From the NCBI GenBank assembly GCA_017882445.1, contig JADGPK010000009.1:9309-73308 (forward strand): a stretch of DNA of 64,000 nucleotides, read 5' to 3'. Both the position numbers and the translations under genes were made by a program. The DNA is from Solirubrobacteraceae bacterium (GTDB taxonomy: Bacteria > Actinomycetota > Thermoleophilia > Solirubrobacterales > Solirubrobacteraceae). Below, in pieces: positions 54,918 to 64,000 of this stretch. Position 1 is the first letter of the stretch; each line of letters opens with the position of its first letter. Under the pieces are notes generated by a model that was not told where the DNA came from, ran no database searches, and saw nothing but the letters and a program-made list of their open reading frames with translations.

Positions 54918-56428
54918 GACCAGTCCGGCTGTTCGCACGCAAGCGCAATGGCCCGCATCGCGGCCTGCGCCTTGGCCACGGACTCCTCGTACTCATAGGC
55001 AGGCTTGGCGTCAGCGACGGTGCCGCCACCGGCCTGCACGTGGGCGACCCCGTCCTTGACGACGACCGTGCGGATGTGGATCGCCGTGTCGAGATCGCCG
55101 GCATAGCTGAGATAGCCGACGGCGCCTCCGTAGCCGCCCCGCTTGACAGGCTCGAGCTCGTCGATGATCTGCATGGCTCGAACCTTCGGCGCGCCCGAGA
55201 GCGTGCCGGCCGGGAGAACGGAGCGCAGCGCGTCCATCGCGCCGACCCCCTCCCGCAGCGTTCCCGACACCGATGAGACGATGTGCATGACGTGGCTGTA
55301 GGACTCGATCTCCATCAGCTCGTCCACCTCGACACTCCCGTACTCGCATACGCGGCCCAGATCGTTGCGGCCGAGGTCGACGAGCATCACGTGCTCGGCC
55401 CGCTCCTTCTCGTCGGCAAGCAGCTCCGCCGCGATCCGCCGGTCCTCCTCGGGATTCGCTCCGCGCGGGCGCGTTCCGGCGATCGGCTTGGTCGCGACGT
55501 GGCGTCCGCTGACGGTCAACAGCGGCTCCGGGCTGGCTCCGGCGACCTGAAAGTCGCCAAAGTCCAGAAAGTACATATACGGGCTCGGGTTGACCGCCCG
55601 CAGGCCGCGGTAGATCGAGAAGGCCTCAACCGGCACCGGCGCGGACCAGCGCTGCGAGGGCACGACCTGGAAGACGTCCCCGGCATATATGTACTGCACG
55701 ATCCGCTCCACCACGCCTTCGAACCGCTCGCGCCCCATGTTCGACTGAAACTCGGGGACCGCGCGCGCGCCCGCCGGGTTCGGATCGCCGCGCGGGACCG
55801 GACCGGCGAGCACGCACCGCACCGCCTCGATGGTGCGCGCGGCGGCCTCATAGGCGCGCTCGACGTCGGGGTCGGCGTCGAGGTCCGCGTTGGCGAGGAT
55901 CCTCACCGTGTGCTTGAGGTGGTCGAAGATGACGAGCGCGTCGGAGAGCATCAACGCCATGTCCGGGAGTCCGAGAGGGTCCGGTGGAGGAGCCTCCAGC
56001 GGCTCTATCGCGCGCACGAGGTCATAGCCGAAGAAGCCCACCGCGCCGCCGGTGAACGGAGGCGCGTCGTCCATCGGAGCCTGATCGAAGCGCTCGACAT
56101 GCTCGGCGGCCAGGGCGTAGGGGTCACCGCCGTCCGCGAGCGACCAGCGCAGCACCGCGCGAGGCCGGAAGCCGATGAACGACCAGCGCCCCACCCGCTG
56201 ACCCTGATCGGCTGACTCGAGCAGGAATGCCGGCTCCCCCGGCGCCAGTGCGCGCAGCTTCAGAAAGGCCGACACGGGCGTCTCGCAGTCCTCTATGTAG
56301 CTGTAGCTCAGCGGGATCAGGTTGTGCGAGCGCGACAGCGCTCGCACGCGCTCGAGGCTCGGCTCGACGCTCGCACCGGACGCGCGCGCATGTGGCCCGT
56401 CGCCCTCCTCGCCGGGCCCGGTGCTCAC
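54914..56428 (-). CDS. trpE: Anthranilate synthase component I
   Basis: LLESA, GAVGFFGYD, PSPYMYF, GAPK and GGYGGAVGY motifs. I prefer the GTG at 56428 because GC3 drops upstream of it. The alternative is the ATG at 56473, which would overlap hisIE. Confidence 0.9.
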   Translation of the reverse strand: MSTGPGEEGDGPHARASGASVEPSLERVRALSRSHNLIPLSYSYIEDCETPVSAFLKLRALAPGEPAFLLESADQGQRVGRWSFIGFRPRAVLRWSLADGGDPYALAAEHVERFDQAPMDDAPPFTGGAVGFFGYDLVRAIEPLEAPPPDPLGLPDMALMLSDALVIFDHLKHTVRILANADLDADPDVERAYEAAARTIEAVRCVLAGPVPRGDPNPAGARAVPEFQSNMGRERFEGVVERIVQYIYAGDVFQVVPSQRWSAPVPVEAFSIYRGLRAVNPSPYMYFLDFGDFQVAGASPEPLLTVSGRHVATKPIAGTRPRGANPEEDRRIAAELLADEKERAEHVMLVDLGRNDLGRVCEYGSVEVDELMEIESYSHVMHIVSSVSGTLREGVGAMDALRSVLPAGTLSGAPKVRAMQIIDELEPVKRGGYGGAVGYLSYAGDLDTAIHIRTVVVKDGVAHVQAGGGTVADAKPAYEYEESVAKAQAAMRAIALACEQPDWS

Positions 56429-56456
56429 CCGATCGCGGGGAGATGCGCCTGAGGCC

Positions 56457-57083
56457 TTAGGAGCGGCGGCCATCGAGCACCCGCTCAGCGTCCGTGAGCG
56501 AGCGTCCCCGGCTTCGCAGCAGCACGAGCAGGTGGTAGAGCACGTCGGCCGCCTCTTCGTCGACGCGCTCATCGGACTCCTCGTGCGCGGCGCGCACCAC
56601 CTCCTCGGCCTCCTCCAGCACCTTCTCGCCGATTCGGCTGGGATCGTCGAGCAGTTCCACCGTGTAGGAGCCCTCAGGGCGCGCCTGCGCACGCTCGCCC
56701 AGCGTGCGCTCGAGCGCGGGGAGCGTCTCGCTGGGAGCGCCCGGGTGAAGCTCGCCGCGGTGAAAGCAGGTTCGCTCGCCCGTGTGGCAGGCGGGTCCCG
56801 CCGGCTCCACCAGGGCCAGCACGGTGTCGCCGTCGCAGTCCAGCCGCAGCGCACGCACCGTCTGCACGTTTCCGCTGGTCGCGCCCTTGTGCCACTGCTC
56901 GCCCCGCGAGCGACTCCACAGGTGAAGCTCGCGCGTGTCACGCGTGAGCCGCAGCGCCTGCTCGTTCATGTAGGCGAGCATCAGGACCTCGCCCGTGTTC
57001 CAATCCTGCACCACGCACGGAACGAGACCCTCGGGGTCGTATGCGATCTCCCCGTCGATGGGGTCGCGATCTCCTGGACTCAT
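56457..57083 (-). CDS. hisI: Bifunctional phosphoribosyl-AMP cyclohydrolase / phosphoribosyl-ATP pyrophosphatase
   Basis: The N-terminal HisI part has the Zn/Mg site ([12 protein letters not shown]...DCDGD...CH). The C-terminal HisE MazG-like part is also present (KVLEEAEEV...[13 protein letters not shown]). Confidence 0.9.
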   Translation of the reverse strand: MSPGDRDPIDGEIAYDPEGLVPCVVQDWNTGEVLMLAYMNEQALRLTRDTRELHLWSRSRGEQWHKGATSGNVQTVRALRLDCDGDTVLALVEPAGPACHTGERTCFHRGELHPGAPSETLPALERTLGERAQARPEGSYTVELLDDPSRIGEKVLEEAEEVVRAAHEESDERVDEEAADVLYHLLVLLRSRGRSLTDAERVLDGRRS

Positions 57084-57139
57084 CGCAACGATTGTAGGTA
57101 CAGCCGGACGCTCGCGGTTTGAGCCACACTCCCACGACC

Positions 57140-58069
57140 ATGCAACCGCTGCTCGACCGCAAGCTGCTCTTCATCACCGGCAAGGGCGGCGTGGGCAAGA
57201 CGACGATCGCCGCGGCGGTCGGCCTGCTGGCAGCGCGCACGGGGCGCCGCACGATCGTGGTGGAGGTGGGCGATCAGAGCCGTCTGACGGGCCTGTTCGA
57301 CATCCCCTCCCCACCGCCGGGCGTGGAGACCGAGCTCGAGGAGGGCCTTTCGAGCATCTCGATCGACCCGGATCGAGCGCTGCTGGAGTGGCTGCAGGCC
57401 CTCGGTGGGCGCGTCTCGGGTCGGGTGCTGGCCTCCAGCGGCACCTTCCAGTACTTCGCCGCGGCGGCGCCCGGGGCCAAGGAGCTCGTGAGCATGGTGA
57501 AGATCTGGCAGCTCACCCGGGGCGGTCGGCGACGCTCGCCCAGCCATGACCTCGTGGTCATCGACGCACCGGCGACCGGCCACGCCCTGGGGATGCTGCG
57601 CTCGCCGCAGACCTTCGGCGCGATAGCGCGCGTCGGTCCGATCGCCGGGCAGACGCGACAGGTACGCGACCTGCTCGAGGACCCCGCCCGCACCGCCTAC
57701 CTGGCGGTTGCGCTTGCGACCGAGATGGCGGTCACGGAGGCGCTCGAGCTGCAGGAGGGCCTGCGGCTTCAGCTTGGCAGGAGCCTTGAGGCGGTGATCG
57801 TCAACGGTCTGCTTCCCAGGCGGTTCTCCGCGGCGGACATGCAGCTGATCGCGACGCTCGGCGAGAAGGCTGCGCAGGCGGACGGCGTGGCGGCGTCAGC
57901 AGCCCGGGCGGCGCGCACCGTGCACGAGCGATCGCGCCGGCAGCACAACCAGGTCGCGCGTCTTCGCAGACGCAGCTTCGAGGTCCTTGGCGTGCCGTTC
58001 GTCTGGGGTGCCCGCCTCGATCTGGCAGCGGTGAGGGCCATCTCCGAGCGGCTCGACCGCAAGCTCTGA
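57140..58069 (+). CDS. ArsA/GET3-like P-loop ATPase (single domain)
   Basis: Deviant Walker A ([12 protein letters not shown]) and DAPATGH switch motif. I prefer the ATG at 57140 over the TTG at 57119. Confidence 0.75.
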   Translation: MQPLLDRKLLFITGKGGVGKTTIAAAVGLLAARTGRRTIVVEVGDQSRLTGLFDIPSPPPGVETELEEGLSSISIDPDRALLEWLQALGGRVSGRVLASSGTFQYFAAAAPGAKELVSMVKIWQLTRGGRRRSPSHDLVVIDAPATGHALGMLRSPQTFGAIARVGPIAGQTRQVRDLLEDPARTAYLAVALATEMAVTEALELQEGLRLQLGRSLEAVIVNGLLPRRFSAADMQLIATLGEKAAQADGVAASAARAARTVHERSRRQHNQVARLRRRSFEVLGVPFVWGARLDLAAVRAISERLDRKL

Positions 58070-58090
58070 GCGACGAGGTCCGCCTCCCGC

Positions 58091-58972
58091 CTAGGTGATG
58101 CCGAGGCGATCGAGCAGGCCTTCATCGGCGCGCCAGTCGCGGCGCACCCGCACCGACAGGTCGAGATGGACCTGGCAGGCGAGCACGCGCTGCAGCTCGC
58201 GGCGAGCGGCGGTGCCGATCGCCTTGATCATTCTTCCGTGCGCGCCGATCAGTATCCCCTTCTGAGACTCGCTCTCGACCCAGATCAGCGCCCTCACCCG
58301 CGCGAGGCCCTCGCGCGGAAATTCGATCTCTTCGACCACGACCTCGACCGCGTGTGGGACCTCCTGGAAGGTACGTCGGATGACCGCCTCGCGGATGAGC
58401 TCCGCGAGCAGCACCTCGCGCGATTGATCGGAGGACGCGTCGGGCGCGAACATGAACGGCCCCTCGGGCATCAGCGCGACCAGGTGCTCGACGAGCTCGC
58501 TCATGCCCGTTCCCTTGCGTGCGGAGATCGGAAACACCTCCGCGTCGAGCTCCAGTTCGGCGGCCTGAGCGAGGACCGCCATCAGCGGCGCGCGGGCGAG
58601 GCGGTCGACCTTGTTGACGGCGATCGTCACCGGCGTGTTCGCGCTGGCGAGCGTCGCGGCGATGAAACGGTCGCCGGGCCCGACGCCCTGCTCGCCGTTG
58701 AGCATCAGGAGCGCGGCATCGGAGCCCTCGAGCTCTTGCTGCACGCGCCGCGCCATCCGCGTGGTGAGCGCGTCGCGTGGACGCTGCACCCCGGGCAGGT
58801 CAACCAGGACGATCTGGCAGTCCCCGCTTCGATGGATCCCCCTGATCGCCCGCCTGGTGGTCTGCGGCCGGTCGGAGACGATCGCGACCTTCTCCCCCAC
58901 GACGGCGTTGACGAAGGTGGACTTGCCGACGTTGGGTCTGCCGGCCAGGGCCACGAAGCCGCCGCGGGTCAT
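58091..58972 (-). CDS. era: GTPase Era
   Basis: [14 protein letters not shown] and NKVD, plus a C-terminal KH domain (VESESQKGILIG). Confidence 0.95.
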   Translation of the reverse strand: MTRGGFVALAGRPNVGKSTFVNAVVGEKVAIVSDRPQTTRRAIRGIHRSGDCQIVLVDLPGVQRPRDALTTRMARRVQQELEGSDAALLMLNGEQGVGPGDRFIAATLASANTPVTIAVNKVDRLARAPLMAVLAQAAELELDAEVFPISARKGTGMSELVEHLVALMPEGPFMFAPDASSDQSREVLLAELIREAVIRRTFQEVPHAVEVVVEEIEFPREGLARVRALIWVESESQKGILIGAHGRMIKAIGTAARRELQRVLACQVHLDLSVRVRRDWRADEGLLDRLGIT

Positions 58973-59373
58973 CGCGCGCCACGAATGAGCAGCTCATGCT
59001 GGAGCTCGAGCATCTCACCGTCGTCGAGCTCGTGATCCATGCCCAGCAGGTGGAGCATCCCGTGGACGATCGCCTCGCGCAGATCCTCGGTGTGCTCGGG
59101 ACAGATCACGATGTCTCCCAGCTCGCGTGGAACCGACTCCTCTCGCGTCGGCTCGACGCCGTCGATCGGAAACGACAGCACGTCGGTCGGGTTGGGCTTC
59201 CCACGGTGCTCCGCGTTGAGCCGCTCTATCCGCTGCGCATCGACGAACTCGATCGCGACATGCCCGTCGGCTATGCCCCTGCGGGCGGCCGCCCGGGCGC
59301 ACAGGCGCCGCATCTCGGCCGCCGACGGCGCACGCGGGGCGAGGGTGGCGCCGAGGACCTCGACCTCGATCAT
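58969..59373 (-). CDS. ybeY: rRNA maturation endoribonuclease YbeY
   Basis: Zinc motif HGMLHLLGMDH. 134 aa, located between phoH and era. Confidence 0.93.
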   Translation of the reverse strand: MIEVEVLGATLAPRAPSAAEMRRLCARAAARRGIADGHVAIEFVDAQRIERLNAEHRGKPNPTDVLSFPIDGVEPTREESVPRELGDIVICPEHTEDLREAIVHGMLHLLGMDHELDDGEMLELQHELLIRGAR

Positions 59374-59379
59374 CGAAGC

Positions 59380-60384
59380 TCAGGCACTGCGAATGGCCGG
59401 CCGGACGCCACCCGTGGCGGCTCCAAGCTCCGACCGGCCCGGCTCCTGGCGCTGGGTATGTGCGTCGTAGGCCTCGACTATGCGCTGGACGAGCTTGTGA
59501 CGCACCACATCCTCGCCGCCGAAGCGCACGAACTCGATCCCCTCGACAGCAGCGAGCACGTCCCCCACGACGATCAGCCCCGACTGCTGCTCGCGTGGAA
59601 GATCCACCTGGGTGATGTCTCCCGTCACCACCATCCTGGAACCGAAGCCCAGCCTCGTCATGAACATCTTCATCTGCTCAGGGGTCGTGTTCTGAGCCTC
59701 ATCGAGGATCACGAACGAGTCGTTGAGCGTGCGTCCGCGCATGAACGCGAGCGGCGCTATCTCGATCACGCCGCGCTCGATGTGCTGGGAGACCTTCTCC
59801 GGATCGAGCATGTCGTGCAGCGCGTCGAAGAGCGGACGCAGGTAGGGGTCGACCTTGGCCATCAGATCGCCGGGCAGGAAACCGAGGCGCTCACCCGCCT
59901 CCACCGCGGGCCTCGTGAGGATGATGCGGTTGACCTCATGCCGCGAGAGTGCGGCGGCGGCCATGGCGACCGCGAGGAACGTCTTTCCCGTGCCCGCGGG
60001 CCCCACGCCGAACGTGACGGTGTTATCGCGCACCGAGTCCACGTAGCGCTTCTGGTTGACCGTCTTCGGGGCCACACGCAGGCCACGGTGACTCCAGACG
60101 ACGTCCTCGAGCACCCGCGCGGGCGATTCATGCGCGTCGAGCGCGCCCGTGACCGCCATGATCGTGCCCGGGCCTATCTGGTGGCCACGGGCGATCAGAT
60201 CGGACAGCTCGCGCACGACCCGCTCGCCCGCGTCGGTCTCGCTTGCCTCGCCGTCGAAGGTCAGCAGGTTGCCGCGAAGGAAGACCTTGCAATCGAGGTG
60301 CGACTCCAGTGCGCGAAGCACCGCATCCTGGCTACCCGCCAGCTCGGCGGCCACTTCGTTGGAAAGCTCGATCTGCGTCCTCAT
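59380..60384 (-). CDS. phoH: PhoH-like ATPase
   Basis: Walker A GPAGTGKTFLA and ILDEAQN, in the conserved phoH-ybeY-era order. Confidence 0.93.
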   Translation of the reverse strand: MRTQIELSNEVAAELAGSQDAVLRALESHLDCKVFLRGNLLTFDGEASETDAGERVVRELSDLIARGHQIGPGTIMAVTGALDAHESPARVLEDVVWSHRGLRVAPKTVNQKRYVDSVRDNTVTFGVGPAGTGKTFLAVAMAAAALSRHEVNRIILTRPAVEAGERLGFLPGDLMAKVDPYLRPLFDALHDMLDPEKVSQHIERGVIEIAPLAFMRGRTLNDSFVILDEAQNTTPEQMKMFMTRLGFGSRMVVTGDITQVDLPREQQSGLIVVGDVLAAVEGIEFVRFGGEDVVRHKLVQRIVEAYDAHTQRQEPGRSELGAATGGVRPAIRSA

Positions 60385-60812
60385 CCTTGCAGCGCTGCTC
60401 GCACGAGCCCGGATACCCGCTGGCCGTCTGCGCGGCCGTCGACCGCGGCCATCGCCTGCTTCATCGCGGCTCCCATGTCCTTGGCCGACTCGGCGCCGCT
60501 CTCGCGCACGGCCTGCTCGACGATCACACCGAGCTCCTGCTCGGAGAGCTCCGCCGGGAGATATCCGCCGATCAGCTCTCCCTCGGCCTCCTCGCCGGCG
60601 GCGAGATCGTCACGCCCCGCATCGCGGTAGGCCCTGGCGGCCTCCAGTCGGCGCTTGCGCTCGCGGCGCAACACGGCGAGCTCGTCGCCGGAGCCCTCCT
60701 TGGCGGCCTTCTGCAGCTCGGACAGCACGAGCCTCAGCGCCCCGACCCGGTGCCGTTCTCCTGCGCGCATCGCACCGTGCAGGTCAGCCTTGATCTGCTC
60801 GAGTATCGCCAT
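60381..60812 (-). CDS. yqeY: GatB/YqeY domain protein
   Basis: IKADLHGAMRAGE...LRLVLSEL...KDMGAAMK is typical of the YqeY family. The start is at M41 of ORF 60381..60932. Confidence 0.85.
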   Translation of the reverse strand: MAILEQIKADLHGAMRAGERHRVGALRLVLSELQKAAKEGSGDELAVLRRERKRRLEAARAYRDAGRDDLAAGEEAEGELIGGYLPAELSEQELGVIVEQAVRESGAESAKDMGAAMKQAMAAVDGRADGQRVSGLVRAALQG

Positions 60813-60855
60813 CTGGACACCAGGATACGCCGGTCGGGCGATGGCTGGACTCCTC

Positions 60856-62223
60856 TCAATCGTGCTCGAGCGGAGTCGGGCTGCCCAGCCGCCCGGGCGA
60901 GGAGGAGTCCCTGCCGAACACGAGCGCGACATTCCAGTCGACCAGCAGGCGCAGCCGACGGCCGAAACCGGGCATCAGGAGCAGGTGGTAGGTGCGTGCG
61001 ATGAGCCAGGCGGGAAAGCCGCGCCAGCGGATGCCCAGCGTGATCGCGACGGCCTTGTTGCGCCCCAGCTCTGCGACGACTCCTTTCGTGCGGTAGCGGA
61101 AGGCCCTGGGCTGCCCGCCCCTCAACGTCGAGGCCACGTTGCGCGCGACGAGCCGACCCTGGCGGATCGCATGCTGCGCCGTCGGGGGACAGCTGCGTCC
61201 TGGCCTGGAGGCGTCGGGCACCGCGGCGCAGTCACCGATCGCCCACACACGCGCCAGGTCCGCGGCGGACGGCGCGTCCGTGGCAGACGGCGCATGCGTG
61301 GCGGAGGGAGCGTCCGTGGCGGAGGGAGCGTCCTCCACCGGGGCCTGGACGCGCATGGTCCTGTCGACCATCACCCGGCCGTCGCGATCGAGCGGCAGAC
61401 CGAGCCTTGAGACGACCGGGCTGGGCTTCACCCCCGCCGTCCAGACGACCATTCGCGCGGGGATCGTCTCGCCTTCGGAGAGTGTTGCCCCGCGCTCGGT
61501 CACCGCGGACAGCGTGGTGTCGGTTCGTACCTCGATCCCACGTCCGCGCAGCTCGTCTTCGGCGAACTCGGAGAGGCTCGCGGGAACCTCCTGCATGATC
61601 CGCTCCCTCGCCTCGACCAGGACCCAACGCATTCCATGAGCGCGACAGCGCGGATACATCGCGATCGCCTGGACGGCGAAATCCTGCAGCTCGGCCAGGC
61701 CCTCGACGCCGGCATAGCCGGCCCCCACGAATACGAATCCGAGGTACTCGGTGCGGCGAGCCGGGTCCTCCAGAGACTCGGCGATGTCCAGGCAGCTGAG
61801 CAACTGATTGCGCAGGGCGGTGGCGTCCGACAGGGACTTCAGCCCGGTCGCGTGCTCGGCAAGGCCGGGGATCGGAAGCGTGCGGGAGACCGACCCGAGG
61901 GCGACGATGAGCTGGTCATAATGGAGCTCCAGCAGCTCGCCGTCGATCCGCTGGACGCCGAGCGCGCACCGCGCGAGGTCGGCGCCGGTCACCTTGCCGA
62001 TGACGACATCGCTGCACCGGAGCTGGGACCGCAGGGGCACGACGACGTGGCGAGGGTCGAGTGTGGCCCCGGCGGCGCCGGGCAGCAGCGGGGTGTAGAG
62101 CAGGAAGTTGGCCTCGTTGACCAGCGTTACATGAGCGCTCTGCGCGGGCAGCAAGCGCTCGAGGGCCTGTGCCGCATAGAAGCCCCCGAATCCACCGCCC
62201 GCGATCACGACTTGCCAGGCCAC
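60856..62223 (-). CDS. ndh: Type II NADH dehydrogenase (NDH-2) carrying an internal hexapeptide tandem repeat
   Basis: Two dinucleotide-binding motifs (VVIAGGGFGG and FVGAGYAGVE) plus WAIGDCA. A (DAPSAT)n insert sits just before the GD motif. Confidence 0.9.
   Translation of the reverse strand: MAWQVVIAGGGFGGFYAAQALERLLPAQSAHVTLVNEANFLLYTPLLPGAAGATLDPRHVVVPLRSQLRCSDVVIGKVTGADLARCALGVQRIDGELLELHYDQLIVALGSVSRTLPIPGLAEHATGLKSLSDATALRNQLLSCLDIAESLEDPARRTEYLGFVFVGAGYAGVEGLAELQDFAVQAIAMYPRCRAHGMRWVLVEARERIMQEVPASLSEFAEDELRGRGIEVRTDTTLSAVTERGATLSEGETIPARMVVWTAGVKPSPVVSRLGLPLDRDGRVMVDRTMRVQAPVEDAPSATDAPSATHAPSATDAPSAADLARVWAIGDCAAVPDASRPGRSCPPTAQHAIRQGRLVARNVASTLRGGQPRAFRYRTKGVVAELGRNKAVAITLGIRWRGFPAWLIARTYHLLLMPGFGRRLRLLVDWNVALVFGRDSSSPGRLGSPTPLEHD
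61264..61335 (-). repeat. Four copies of an 18-nt in-frame tandem repeat inside ndh (encodes DAPSAT-type hexapeptides)
   Basis: Plus-strand units are GGCGGACGGCGCGTCCGT, GGCAGACGGCGCATGCGT, GGCGGAGGGAGCGTCCGT and GGCGGAGGGAGCGTCCTC. Confidence 0.9.
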
Positions 62224-62237
62224 GAGGACAGAATAGG

Positions 62238-63380
62238 GTGAAGCGCGTGACCAATTCCCTCTATCTCGACGCGCTCGCCCCCTTCCTCGCAGAGGTGCGG
62301 CGCCTGCGCCCGCGGGACACCGAAGTGATCGACGCCCATACGCATCTGGGCCTGGACGAGGACGGGCGATCGCTCACCCTCGTCCAGCTGCTCGCCCAGC
62401 TCGACGACGCGGACGCACGCCGGGCGTGCGTGTTTCCGCTGCACGACCCCGAGCGCAAGCCCGCCTACAGCGTGCCCAACGACCGCGTCCTCGGGTGGGC
62501 GCGCGAAAGCGATGGCAGGCTCATGCCCTTCTGCCGCCTTGACCCGGCCGAAGACCCGTTGTCGGAGGGCGAACGCTGCCTGGCCGCGGGAGCGCGCGGC
62601 ATCAAGCTGCACCCACGGGCCCAGGACTTCGACTTCGACGGTCAGGAGATGGACGGTATCTTCAAGCTGGCGGAAGCGGCTGGGGTGCCGATCCTGATCC
62701 ACGCCGGACGCGGCCTGCCGCCGCTCGCCGAGGGGCTCGTCGACCTCGCGCTGCGTCATCCGGGAGCGGTGCTGATCATGGCCCACGGGGCGATCTGCGA
62801 CCAGGGCATCCTCACCTCGCGTCTGGCCGATCATCCGGGCGTTCTGTACGACGTCTCATGCTTCTTTCCGCTCGACGTGATCGAGCTGTTCGCGCGGGTA
62901 CCGGCCGAGCGGATCGTGTTCGCCTCCGATCCGCCGTACGGCCTTCCCGCCACCTCCCTCTACATGGTGCTGCGCGTGGCGTCGCAGGCTGGTCTCGACG
63001 AGCAGACGACGCGCGCGGTGCTCGGCGGCACGATGGCTGGGCTCCTCGACGGGGACGGTCTGCCAGCGGTCGCTCCCGTGCGCCGGGGATCCTCGATCGA
63101 GCTATCCGGCCGACTGGCTCGCGTGTACGGCTACGCGAGCCTCGTCGGCCCGGCCCTGTTCGCGGGCGCAATCGAGCAGGCGCGTGCGATGTTGGACATG
63201 GCGGTCGCCGCGTGCCGCGACCCCGAGCCGGGATCGGTGGGCGAGGCGCTCGACACGATCGGCGCGGCCCTGAGCGCCGCAGACGCCCTGCTGGACGCCG
63301 AGGGCGGCGTTCGCGCGGCGATCGATCTGGTCTATAGGGCGATCGTCCGCGCGGCGACCGAGATACCCGACCGCGCCTGA
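62238..63380 (+). CDS. Amidohydrolase-superfamily (TIM-barrel metal-dependent hydrolase) protein with a helical C-terminal extension
   Basis: HxH motif (IDAHTHLG), later His/Asp ligand contexts (IKLHP, LIHAG, MAHG, FASD). GTG at 62238 inside ORF 62169..63380. Confidence 0.7.
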   Translation: MKRVTNSLYLDALAPFLAEVRRLRPRDTEVIDAHTHLGLDEDGRSLTLVQLLAQLDDADARRACVFPLHDPERKPAYSVPNDRVLGWARESDGRLMPFCRLDPAEDPLSEGERCLAAGARGIKLHPRAQDFDFDGQEMDGIFKLAEAAGVPILIHAGRGLPPLAEGLVDLALRHPGAVLIMAHGAICDQGILTSRLADHPGVLYDVSCFFPLDVIELFARVPAERIVFASDPPYGLPATSLYMVLRVASQAGLDEQTTRAVLGGTMAGLLDGDGLPAVAPVRRGSSIELSGRLARVYGYASLVGPALFAGAIEQARAMLDMAVAACRDPEPGSVGEALDTIGAALSAADALLDAEGGVRAAIDLVYRAIVRAATEIPDRA

Positions 63381-64000
63381 TCAGTCGCCGGACATCCACA
63401 CGGCCGCCCACTCGCCGCTGGCGCACCGCTTGCGCTCGCGCAGAGCGAACCGGTCGGCGAACGCTCCGACGATCTCATCGACCTCCTCCCTCAGCAGGCC
63501 GCCTGCCACCAGGTGCGAGGGTGCACTGGGCATCGTGCCCGCGAGTTCGACCAACAGCGGTCGCAGCAGGTTGGCCAGGAGCACCGTCGGACGGGTCGGC
63601 GGCTCCCCGGCCGCCATCCAGGGAAGCCGCTCCTCTCGCAGGTCGAAGCGACGAACCTCGATCTCGACGTCGTTGATCTCGGCGTTCTCCCGCGCGGCGT
63701 CCACGCTCTCCTGCTCGTGGTCGAGCCCGAGCACCGGTGCAAACCCGAGTGTTGCGGCGGCGATCGCGAGCACTCCCGACCCCGTGCCCACGTCCAACAG
63801 CGCGCCGGCGGGCTGCTCGTTCGCGGCCAGCTCGAGCAGCAGCTCCAGGCACAGGCGCGTGCTCGCGTGTCCGCCCGTCCCGAACGCCTGACCCGGGTCG
63901 ATCACGATCTCCCGCACCGGCCCATCGTTCTGCTCGCTCGGAGCCTCCCACGGTGGCCGCACATGGATGGCGGGAACACGAGCGCGCTCACCGCTGGGCG
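63381..64000 (-). CDS. prmA: Ribosomal protein L11 methyltransferase, C-terminal part; the 5' end lies beyond the right edge
   Basis: IDPGQAFGTGGHASTRLCLE and the SAM motif LLDVGTGSGVLAIAA. The reading frame stays open upstream of 63962 to the window end. Confidence 0.85.
   Translation of the reverse strand, partial: PSGERARVPAIHVRPPWEAPSEQNDGPVREIVIDPGQAFGTGGHASTRLCLELLLELAANEQPAGALLDVGTGSGVLAIAAATLGFAPVLGLDHEQESVDAARENAEINDVEIEVRRFDLREERLPWMAAGEPPTRPTVLLANLLRPLLVELAGTMPSAPSHLVAGGLLREEVDEIVGAFADRFALRERKRCASGEWAAVWMSGD

Noticed and set aside
56429-56473. A trp leader peptide or attenuator upstream of trpE, and the ATG at 56473 as the trpE start.
   Set aside because: hisIE ends at 56457, so there is no room for a leader. 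Codons between 56429 and 56473 have low GC3, which favours the GTG at 56428. This remains uncertain.
1-64000. Mobile elements, prophage genes, defence systems, toxin-antitoxin pairs, tRNA or rRNA genes.
   Set aside because: Every ORF with coding-like GC3 could be assigned to a housekeeping family or a simple membrane or secreted protein. I found no integrase, transposase, nuclease or helicase islands, no compositional break, and no tRNA-like sequences in the few gaps longer than 100 nt.

Overview
By eye this is a very GC-rich (about 70%), gene-dense chromosomal segment with almost all third codon positions G/C. I support about 61 protein genes, nearly all on the minus strand. Many are joined by 4-nt ATGA/GTGA start-stop overlaps, which suggests translational coupling. 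The content is almost entirely core housekeeping.

Gene order, left to right:
- a divergent glycosylation locus: two GT-C membrane glycosyltransferases on one side, and a GT2 polyprenol-phosphate sugar synthase, a SAM methyltransferase and a flippase-like protein on the other
- rpe, a small zinc-ribbon protein, rsmB, fmt, def, priA, metK
- der, cmk, aroA, tyrA, a DAHP synthase, then a 370-nt gap, then hisC and aroH
- rluB and rlmN (divergent), scpB and scpA, trpS
- the glycine cleavage operon gcvT-H-PA-PB
- a complete dcw cluster, mraZ-rsmH-ftsL-ftsI-murE-murF-mraY-ftsW-murG-murC-murB-ftsQ-ftsZ, with no murD
- a divergent lipoprotein, an orphan solute-binding protein and a small membrane ORF
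- trpE-G-D-C, an htrA-like protease, trpF-B-A
- hisIE, an ArsA-like ATPase, era-ybeY-phoH-yqeY, ndh, an amidohydrolase, and prmA (partial)

I saw no rRNA, tRNA, CRISPR array, IS element or prophage genes. I do not see convincing evidence for a large novel multi-gene system. The most unusual signals are non-coding:
- a 121-nt array of five back-to-back perfect GC-rich palindromes directly after ftsZ
- a separate 26-nt perfect palindrome upstream of gcvT, where a glycine riboswitch would normally be expected
- stop codons embedded in palindromes at four of five convergent gene junctions
- an in-frame 18-nt tandem repeat inside ndh

The split gcvP, the AroH-type chorismate mutase and the ACT-fused type I-beta DAHP synthase in a high-GC, ftsA-less background suggest a deep-branching Actinomycetota lineage such as Thermoleophilia or Rubrobacteria. 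That is inference only. All product calls rest on motif and family recognition from the supplied translations, not on database searches.
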